A stretch of 32,000 nt of DNA from contig NZ_CP042911.1 of the NCBI RefSeq assembly GCF_008065095.1, forward strand, positions 6,810,001 through 6,842,000, given 5' to 3'. The notes beneath the pieces were generated by a model. The model had not been told where the DNA came from and made no database searches. It worked only from the letters and a program-made list of their open reading frames with translations. The stretch comes from Gemmata obscuriglobus (GTDB taxonomy: Bacteria > Planctomycetota > Planctomycetia > Gemmatales > Gemmataceae). Shown one piece after another: positions 25,465 through 32,000 of this stretch. The translations under genes and the position numbers were made by a program. Each line of letters begins with the position of its first letter. Position 1 is the stretch's first letter.

Positions 25465-28400
25465 ATGAGACGACGGGTTGCCCTCACCGTCTTGGGTTTT
25501 GTAACGTTCGCCGCCCTCGCGGCCGTTGTTGTCACCCTGAGCCGACCCGCACGCGCCCCAGACCCCGACGCGACGACCCCACAGAACCAGGACGCGCAGT
25601 TCGAAATTGACCTGCTCGCCGACGACAACGAGTTCGACACGGACGACGAATCCACGCCCCTCCCCCCGCCGCCGAACCTGTCGAAGTTGTCACTCGACGA
25701 GGTCATCGATCGGCTCGACGACACCGAGAACTACACGGTCCGGGCGCTCGCCTTCCGCGAGGTCGCGGCCCGCGGGCCGGCGGCGCGGGCGGCTCTCCCG
25801 GCCCTGCGATCGATGAAGAACGAGGTCCGCACCAGCGCCGCGTACTGGGCCGCGCTCGCCGAGTGCCTCATCGACCCGGACCGCTACGACGCGCACCTCT
25901 CTCGGGCGCTCGCGCGGGTTCGCGAGTTACACTCCCTCCCACACGGCACTCTGCACAGCACTCTGCGACTCACTGCCGTTGGGACCGCGCCAGGTCTCGC
26001 AGCGGTCGATCATGCACGACGGAACACGGCGTTCGAGCTTCTTTCGGGAATCGGTTGCCTTCCCAGCGACCCCACGTATCCGGTACTACTCACCGTCCTC
26101 AAGGACCCGAACCACCCCGGACGCGAGCAGGCGCGAGAACTTCTGTGGTCAATGTTCGTCCGCCACCCGGACGAAGTGGGCCGCGTCGTGCCTGCGGCGG
26201 ATGAAAATACCATCCGCATTTGGTCACAAATCGATGCCGCTCAAGCGGCCGAGTGGGTGCCGCTTCTCGCCGACCGGGACCGCAAACTGGCCGCAGTCGC
26301 GAGCATAATCCTGGTGATGGCCGGCAAATACGAGCAGGGGCTGCCGACTGTCCTTGCCACCGAATGGCCCGATTCCGCCTTTGAAGAATTACGATTCAAA
26401 CGTGAGGCGATTCGCGGACGGCCGGAGCACCTGCCACGGGTCGTCCGGGAGTTCCTGGGGACGCTCCAGCCCCGCGACAGAGAAAAGGTCCGTACCGTCG
26501 CCGCGGCGGCGCTACGAGGTGGGAAAACGGCGCGCGAAAAGAAGGCCGCGATCCAGGTGCTTCAGTACGCGCGCACGGCCGACGCGGACACGCTGGCCCC
26601 AGCGTTCGCCGACCCGGACCCGGCGGTGCAGCGGTTCGCAGTGCGGGAGGTGCTCACAGCGCAGCGGCCACCGTCCGCGTTCCCGCTTGTCGCAACGCAC
26701 CTGCTTCGTACCCCTGACGAGTTCCTCGCCCAGTGGTTCGACGAATCGCTTCAGAATCAGGACGACCCCCCGCCGGCGGTCGCCGACTTCGTGACGGCGC
26801 GGGTGCTCCCACCCGACGGCAAACCCGGGTTCTCCCGCGCCTTCCGCCACCTCCCGACCACCGGACCGGGGGCGGACCGGACGGCCGAGCTGGTGATCCG
26901 GTATCTTTCCGCCCCAGCCGAGGCGGGGCGACTGCCCCCGGCGTTTGATGAGGCGGCGGCACTGGCCGGCCGACTCGGCCCGGCGGCGAAGGCCGCCGTA
27001 CCGTTCATCCGGCCGGCCCTGACCAGCCGGCCGGCCGCGGAGAACGGTTCCTGGCATCGCGCATTTGTTGCCGCTGATACCCTCCTGCGAATCGTCCCGA
27101 ACGACGCTGACGCGATCGCCACTCTGCTGGCGGTCATCGACGCGCGAACAGAAAAGTCATACCAGGCGGTCCAATGGCTCGGCAAAATCGATCCAACTAA
27201 CGCGACCGTCACGAAGTTGATCAGTTTGGTGGAAGCCGGCTGGAATGCGCGCTTCGAACCTGACCGGTCGTTGACCGAGGCAGCGGTCGAAGCCCTTGCT
27301 GAACTCGGGCCGCGAGCCCGCGCCGCGTTACCAGTCCTCCGCCGGTGCGCGGGGACTCCGTTTAGCGAGCGGAAGGTCGGGCTCATCGTTGGGGCGATGG
27401 CAGCCGTGGGCCGAATCGACCAAGCCGAACAAGAGATCACAGTGCGGAGACTAGCGCCCCTGCTCACCGGGCACCAGAACATCCGAGACCCAGCAGAAAA
27501 CCCACGATTTCAGGCGGCGAAGGTGCTGATTACACTCGGCCCGGCTGCCAAATCAATTGTCCCCGAATTGATTACATTCGCTCAAAAAGACGGTGGGGCG
27601 GTCAGCGGACTCGCCGCCGGGCTCGCTCGCTTGGCCCCGGAACGGTGCGCCGAGGTACTCAACCTGTTCGCCGACGGCTACATGCTCGAGTTGCCGGGTT
27701 GGGTCAGCGATAAATCGTCGCTGCAGTCTTTTGCGGCCGAATGCGTGAGCCACCCTGCAGTCCCGGTCCGGCGGGCGGCGTGGAACGTGCTTATCAGCAT
27801 CAGTCCCGACCCCGCGAGCGTGCCACTACTTCGGGCGGTAGCTGCGGCAGAGAAGGATCCGGGGGCAGCCCGGCGGGCGGCAGCCGCGTTCGCTCGATCA
27901 GGTTTCACCGGGGCGAATTCCTCAGAAGGGCAACGAGCACTCGCAGCGTGGGTACGCGTGACCAACCGGCGTCTCTTGCCGCGCCGGCTGGCGCGGATCG
28001 CCGAACGAGAACAATGGGAAGGAGAGAACAAATGGGCTGGTTGGCAGGTAGAGATGATCGCCAGAACCGACCCGCACGCGCTCCGCGCGCACCTCACCGA
28101 ACTGTTCGGCGCAGTGGACAAGGATCGCACCCCGCCTACCGTGGCACTAATCAAAACGTTGGCGCGGGCCGCGCCGGACTCGATCGGGCCGCTGATCGAG
28201 CGGCTCGACACCAACCACCCGCCCAACGACCGAGTTCGGGCGGCTCTGGCGTTGGGCCGGATCGGGCCGAAGGCGGACGCGGCGGTACACGCTCTGACCA
28301 AGGCGCTGGACGACCGGGACCGCAACGTCCGGTACACGGCTGCGGAAGTTCTGCTGGCTGTCGCGTCGCCAGTTCCGCCGGCAGCCATCCGTGTGTTCGC

Positions 28401-28869
28401 AGAGGCCGAACTTGAGCAGCCCAGAGACGAGGAGCGGCACCTTTTCAAACCCATCCCAATCGAGTTGCGTAACGCGGTCAAGAAGTATGGGTTCGTGTGG
28501 AACTGGAACCGGTTGACGGTTCTCCGTTCGCTCGGGGCTGGCGCGGCACCGGCGGCGAAGGTACTCGGCAAGCACTTCGACGACCCACAGTACCAGCGCC
28601 GGATCGAGGTGGCAGAAATCCTGATACGCGCGGACCCGAACCGGGCCGAGGAAGTTGTCCGATGGCTGCTGGAGAGGGCCACCTACCCATACGTCGATCG
28701 GACCGATGCGGCGGAGGCGATCGGGCGACTGGACGCATCGGCCCGACCGGCTGCGAAATGGATTTCGGAAGCACTCGCGGCACACCCGAACGACGACCTG
28801 ACTGCCGTTCTGGCCCGGGCGCTACGGCGCACGGACCCTGCCGCGGCGCGGGCCGCTGGCGTTCGATGA
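25465..28869 (+). CDS. Membrane-anchored HEAT-repeat protein, 1134 aa
   Basis: N-terminal TM helix VALTVLGFVTFAALAAVVVTL, then an acidic linker. Many HEAT/PBS-lyase-like units follow, e.g. NDRVRAALALGRIGPKADAAVHALTKALDDRDRNVRYTAAEVL. Confidence 0.85.
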   Translation: MRRRVALTVLGFVTFAALAAVVVTLSRPARAPDPDATTPQNQDAQFEIDLLADDNEFDTDDESTPLPPPPNLSKLSLDEVIDRLDDTENYTVRALAFREVAARGPAARAALPALRSMKNEVRTSAAYWAALAECLIDPDRYDAHLSRALARVRELHSLPHGTLHSTLRLTAVGTAPGLAAVDHARRNTAFELLSGIGCLPSDPTYPVLLTVLKDPNHPGREQARELLWSMFVRHPDEVGRVVPAADENTIRIWSQIDAAQAAEWVPLLADRDRKLAAVASIILVMAGKYEQGLPTVLATEWPDSAFEELRFKREAIRGRPEHLPRVVREFLGTLQPRDREKVRTVAAAALRGGKTAREKKAAIQVLQYARTADADTLAPAFADPDPAVQRFAVREVLTAQRPPSAFPLVATHLLRTPDEFLAQWFDESLQNQDDPPPAVADFVTARVLPPDGKPGFSRAFRHLPTTGPGADRTAELVIRYLSAPAEAGRLPPAFDEAAALAGRLGPAAKAAVPFIRPALTSRPAAENGSWHRAFVAADTLLRIVPNDADAIATLLAVIDARTEKSYQAVQWLGKIDPTNATVTKLISLVEAGWNARFEPDRSLTEAAVEALAELGPRARAALPVLRRCAGTPFSERKVGLIVGAMAAVGRIDQAEQEITVRRLAPLLTGHQNIRDPAENPRFQAAKVLITLGPAAKSIVPELITFAQKDGGAVSGLAAGLARLAPERCAEVLNLFADGYMLELPGWVSDKSSLQSFAAECVSHPAVPVRRAAWNVLISISPDPASVPLLRAVAAAEKDPGAARRAAAAFARSGFTGANSSEGQRALAAWVRVTNRRLLPRRLARIAEREQWEGENKWAGWQVEMIARTDPHALRAHLTELFGAVDKDRTPPTVALIKTLARAAPDSIGPLIERLDTNHPPNDRVRAALALGRIGPKADAAVHALTKALDDRDRNVRYTAAEVLLAVASPVPPAAIRVFAEAELEQPRDEERHLFKPIPIELRNAVKKYGFVWNWNRLTVLRSLGAGAAPAAKVLGKHFDDPQYQRRIEVAEILIRADPNRAEEVVRWLLERATYPYVDRTDAAEAIGRLDASARPAAKWISEALAAHPNDDLTAVLARALRRTDPAAARAAGVR

Positions 28870-28937
28870 TGGGGCGCGGGGCACGGACGGTCGTAAACCG
28901 GCCGCAGTTCCCGCGCGGCCCGAGTGAACGGCCGGCC

Positions 28938-28973
28938 TATCACACCAGTAACCACCGACCGAGGTTGAAGTAC
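28938..28973. repeat. 36-nt direct-repeat copy B (the last 10 codons plus stop of mgtE)
   Basis: Partner of 25023-25058. The two copies bracket the HEAT-repeat gene. Confidence 0.75.
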
Positions 28974-29923
28974 AGCAACAGCGTGACCATGTCGGCGGCG
29001 GCCAGAGCGACCGGCCCCGACGCCACTTGCGGGTCGCGGCGGGCCATGCGGAGCAAGAAAGGAAGCGCCAGCCCGACCGCGGCCGAAGCGGCCACCCCGC
29101 CCGCGATGCCGACGCACAGGCTCAGCCCGGCCCGCGCGCTGCCCTTCCAGAGCAGCGCCACGAGCCCGACGATCAGCCCGCAGAACGCGCCGAGCAGGAG
29201 CCCCACCAGCACCTCGCGCCCCACCCTCCGGCCGAGCGCCCCCCACGTCGGGCGGCGGCCGTGCATCGTCTGAAGGGCGAGGCTGACCGACTGGATCGCG
29301 ACCCCCTCGGCCATCCCGGTCACCAGCGCGATGAACGGCGCCACCAGGATCAGCGTCGACACGTCGGCGTAAGCGTCGGCGATCAGCGCGGCGATCATAC
29401 CGCCGATCACGTTACACATCAGCCACGGGAACCGCTTCCGCGCCGCGTACAGCGCCCGCCGCTGCTCGGCCTCGGTCAGGTGAACGCCGACCAGTTCGAA
29501 CAGGTCTTGCCCCTCCTGGCGCCGCTCCAGGTCGGCCAGTTCGTCGGTATACAGGTCCACGTCCACCAGCCCGATCAGCTTCCCGTCGGCGTCGATCACC
29601 GGGAACGCCAGCAGCTTGTGCAGGGTGAAGAACTCGCAGGCGTCCAGCACGCTGGCGGTGTGCGGCACCGCCACCACGGGGCTAATCATCACCTGGAGAA
29701 CGGGCGCTTCGGGCCGGGCCCGCAGCAGCCGCCGGGTGGGCACGACGCCGACGAGCCGGCCGTCGCCGTCGACGACGTAAAAGTAGACGACCCGACCGCC
29801 GATCTCGTGATCCCGGATGTAGTCGAGCGCCTGCGCGACTGACGCGCCCGACTCGATCCGGGTCGGGTCCGTGCGCATGTGCTTGGTGACGGGATCGGCG
29901 AGAATCTGGCGGGCATCGGACAT
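28940..29923 (-). CDS. mgtE: Magnesium transporter MgtE-like (CBS pair + MgtE membrane domain, no MgtE N-domain), 327 aa
   Basis: The CBS region (VVYFYVVDGDGRLVGVVPTRRLL and AFPVIDADGKLIGLVDVDL) is followed by the MgtE TM blocks GMAEGVAIQSVSLALQ and RRDPQVASGPVALAAADMVTLLLYF. ATG 29923 is preceded by AGGAGG. The longer track ORF to 30049 has no support. Confidence 0.85.
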   Translation of the reverse strand: MSDARQILADPVTKHMRTDPTRIESGASVAQALDYIRDHEIGGRVVYFYVVDGDGRLVGVVPTRRLLRARPEAPVLQVMISPVVAVPHTASVLDACEFFTLHKLLAFPVIDADGKLIGLVDVDLYTDELADLERRQEGQDLFELVGVHLTEAEQRRALYAARKRFPWLMCNVIGGMIAALIADAYADVSTLILVAPFIALVTGMAEGVAIQSVSLALQTMHGRRPTWGALGRRVGREVLVGLLLGAFCGLIVGLVALLWKGSARAGLSLCVGIAGGVAASAAVGLALPFLLRMARRDPQVASGPVALAAADMVTLLLYFNLGRWLLV

Positions 29924-30045
29924 TACAAGCCTCCTCTCGGCCGGGCGCCCCAGAGGGCGCGCGGGGCGGGCGGTGCGCGGATTCCTCACCCGCGAACCGG
30001 ATACGGGACCAGTTCGCCAGGGCCGCCCGCAGACGGCCGCGTCAG

Positions 30046-32000
30046 TCACGGGGCGGTTTTCGGGCCGGACGGCCCGACCGGTTCCGCGGCGAGGATCTCG
30101 GCGACCTCGGCGGGCGATTCGGCCGCCCGCAGCCGGTTGCGCGTCTCGGGGTTGCCCGCGGCCCGCGCGACCTGTCCCAGCAGTAGTACCTGCAGGTTCG
30201 GGCGCTCGGCCGGGGTCACCAGCAGGAACATCAGGTGTACGAGGTCCGGTGACCGCGGGTCAAAGACGACCCCTTCCGTGGACCGGCCGAACACCACCAG
30301 CGGCTCGGCGAGGTTGGGGCACCGGGCGTGCGGAACCGCGACGCCCAGGCCCAGACTCGTGGGTAATTCGTGCTCGCGTGCGATGGCCAGCGCGGCGATG
30401 TCGGCGCCGGGCGGCAGCAAGCGAGCGGGAATCCGGGCGGCCATCTCCGTGATCGCCTGCTCGGCCGTCCGCCCCGGCACGGTGAGCAGCCCCGCGTCGG
30501 TCACCAGCAGGTCGCGGAGGCTCACCGCCGGGTGCCGCGGGTACTCGTCCTCGATCCGCCCGACGACCTGCTCGAGCAGGTCCTCCACCGTCACGATACC
30601 CACGGGGCTCGCGCGGTCCGTCACGACGCACATCGTTGTGCCCTCGCGCTGGAAGTACAGCAGCGTCGATTCGACGTCGTCGTCAGGGCGCACCGCACCC
30701 AGCGGGCGAATGAGGGCGGCCCACGCGGCGCCGTCGGCGGTGAGCCCGATCAGGTCCTTCGCCAGCAGGTAGCCGACCGGCAGCCCGGTTTCGGGCGCCA
30801 CCACCGGCCAGCGCGAGAACCGCTGCTCCCCGACCTGCCGGCGCACCTCGTCCAGCGTGGCCGCCTTGGACAGCCGCCGGACCCGCGTCCACGGCACCAT
30901 GATGTTGCGCACCGGCTGCCCGCGCAGGGCCGAAACGTTGTCCAGAATCAGCCGCGTGCGCACGTCCCGGACGGCCTTCTCGATCGAGTCGCGCCCGGCC
31001 CCGGCGTCGGCCAGCACGAGCCGGGCCAGCGAGACGGCGGCCTCGGCCTCCTCGAAGATCGCCGCGGTCGCGCCGACCTGTTCGAGGTCGCCCCGCTCGC
31101 GCAGGTAGTGGGCGCGGACGAAGATCTTCATCCGGGGGTTGAGGTTCCGCGCCACCGCGACCACCCCGGCCCGGTCCGCCGAGTGCGGCAGCGTCAGCAC
31201 GAGGTGCGACGCCTGCGCGACGCCGGCGCTCTCCAGGATGGCCTCGCGCGCGGCGTCGCCGAAAACCGCCGTCTGCCCGTGCCGCCGCAGTTCCGCCACC
31301 GTGTCCATGTTCGTGTCGATCACGACCGTGCTCAGCCCCGCGTCCCGCAACAGCCGGTCCACCGTTTTGCCGACCGGCCCGAACCCGACGACCACCGCCT
31401 GCCGGCTCCCCCCGGCGGTGCCGCGGGCCACATCGTCGGCGACCGCGGCGTTGGCGCGGCCGACGCGCCGCTCGGCCCGCGCGTTCAGCCGCGCCCAGAG
31501 TCGCGGGCGCCGCTGCAGCCACCGCTCGATGCCGTCGATGCTGCGGAACAGCACCGGGTTGATGGTGATCGAAATGATCGCCGCGCCCACGAGCAGGCTG
31601 TGGCCGTCGTCGGTCATCAGCCCGTGCTTGCGGGCCAACTCGGACAGGATGAACGAGAACTCGCCGATCTGCGCCAGCCCGAGCGCCACGGTCAGGGCCG
31701 TTCGGACCGAGTGCCCCAGGGCCGCGACGATGACCAGGGCGGTGAGCGGCTTGACCAGCAGGATCACGAACAGCGCCGCGAGCATCATTAGCGGCGCGCG
31801 GAGCAGGAGCGCGGGGTCAAACAGCATCCCCACCGAGACGAAGAACAGCACCGCGAACGCGTCCCGCAGCGGGAGCGCGTCGGCGGCGGCCTGATGGCTC
31901 ACCGGCGACCGCGCCACCATCATCCCGGCCAGGAATGCGCCCAGGGCCATCGACGCGCCGAACAGCGCGTACGCGCCGGCGGCGATCGCAACGGAGAACA
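30046..32000 (-). CDS. CPA2 (Kef/YbaL-like) cation:proton antiporter fused to RCK/TrkA-N, a CBS pair and a PTS EIIA(Ntr)-like domain; N-terminus off-window
   Basis: TM block LGAFLAGMMVARSPVSHQAAADALPLRDAFAVLFFVSVGMLFDP is YbaL/Kef-like. Rossmann VVVGFGPVGKTVDRLL. CorC-like CBS pair ending VTVEDLLEQVVGRIEDEY. The EIIA-2 block GLGVAVPHAR ... LMFLLVTPAE ... RNRLRAAESPAEVAEIL aligns with E. coli PtsN. The frame remains open to nt 32000. Confidence 0.88.
   Translation of the reverse strand, partial: FSVAIAAGAYALFGASMALGAFLAGMMVARSPVSHQAAADALPLRDAFAVLFFVSVGMLFDPALLLRAPLMMLAALFVILLVKPLTALVIVAALGHSVRTALTVALGLAQIGEFSFILSELARKHGLMTDDGHSLLVGAAIISITINPVLFRSIDGIERWLQRRPRLWARLNARAERRVGRANAAVADDVARGTAGGSRQAVVVGFGPVGKTVDRLLRDAGLSTVVIDTNMDTVAELRRHGQTAVFGDAAREAILESAGVAQASHLVLTLPHSADRAGVVAVARNLNPRMKIFVRAHYLRERGDLEQVGATAAIFEEAEAAVSLARLVLADAGAGRDSIEKAVRDVRTRLILDNVSALRGQPVRNIMVPWTRVRRLSKAATLDEVRRQVGEQRFSRWPVVAPETGLPVGYLLAKDLIGLTADGAAWAALIRPLGAVRPDDDVESTLLYFQREGTTMCVVTDRASPVGIVTVEDLLEQVVGRIEDEYPRHPAVSLRDLLVTDAGLLTVPGRTAEQAITEMAARIPARLLPPGADIAALAIAREHELPTSLGLGVAVPHARCPNLAEPLVVFGRSTEGVVFDPRSPDLVHLMFLLVTPAERPNLQVLLLGQVARAAGNPETRNRLRAAESPAEVAEILAAEPVGPSGPKTAP

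Noticed and set aside
25023-28973. Calling the repeat-bracketed interval an integrated mobile element (attL/attR)
   Set aside because: The interval contains no integrase, transposase, excisionase or other mobility gene. The repeats have 5 mismatches in 36 nt. Reported as an observation, not as a mobile_element feature.
1-32000. CRISPR arrays, rRNA, insertion sequences, toxin-antitoxin pairs, defence islands
   Set aside because: There are no regularly spaced direct repeats. No transposase, integrase, nuclease-helicase or other defence-type domains were recognised in any frame. The repeats found are isolated hairpins or pairwise duplications.

Overview
High-GC chromosomal segment (about two-thirds G+C by eye) that looks planctomycetal, probably Gemmataceae-like. 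The lineage hallmarks are a DUF1559 prepilin-like protein with an H-X9-DG motif, a PSCyt/DUF1549/DUF1553 + DUF1501 gene pair, and large HEAT-repeat and signal-peptide proteins. I support 20 protein-coding genes. They are: a sigma-70 factor (5' end probably off-window), a secreted cyclophilin, a secreted alpha/beta serine hydrolase, M17 leucyl aminopeptidase preceded by two tandem paralogous CxxC secreted proteins of unknown family, a small protein with an internal duplication, a PQQ-type sugar dehydrogenase, DUF1559, an MBL hydrolase, DUF1501, PSCyt/DUF1553, phosphatidylcholine synthase overlapping an APC permease, an FMN-dependent alpha-hydroxy-acid dehydrogenase, a GH15 hydrolase, an MtfA-like M90 peptidase, a 1134-aa membrane-anchored HEAT-repeat protein, an N-domain-less MgtE, and a CPA2 antiporter fused to RCK, CBS and EIIA(Ntr) domains (N-terminus off-window). 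I found no rRNA, tRNA, CRISPR array, transposase, integrase or recognisable defence system. Most long ORFs in the six-frame track are antisense or out-of-frame shadows typical of high-GC DNA. The most interesting items are: the CxxC paralog pair coupled to pepA; the antiporter-EIIA(Ntr) fusion; the permease-pcs coupling; and several structured or duplicated intergenic elements, namely a hairpin element with a compensatory stem change around the pepA stop, a roughly 36-bp stem between convergent genes, and imperfect direct repeats bracketing the HEAT gene, one of which is the mgtE 3' end. There is also a roughly 1-kb gene-less, compositionally odd gap. None of these is proven novel. All need database and structure searches I cannot run.
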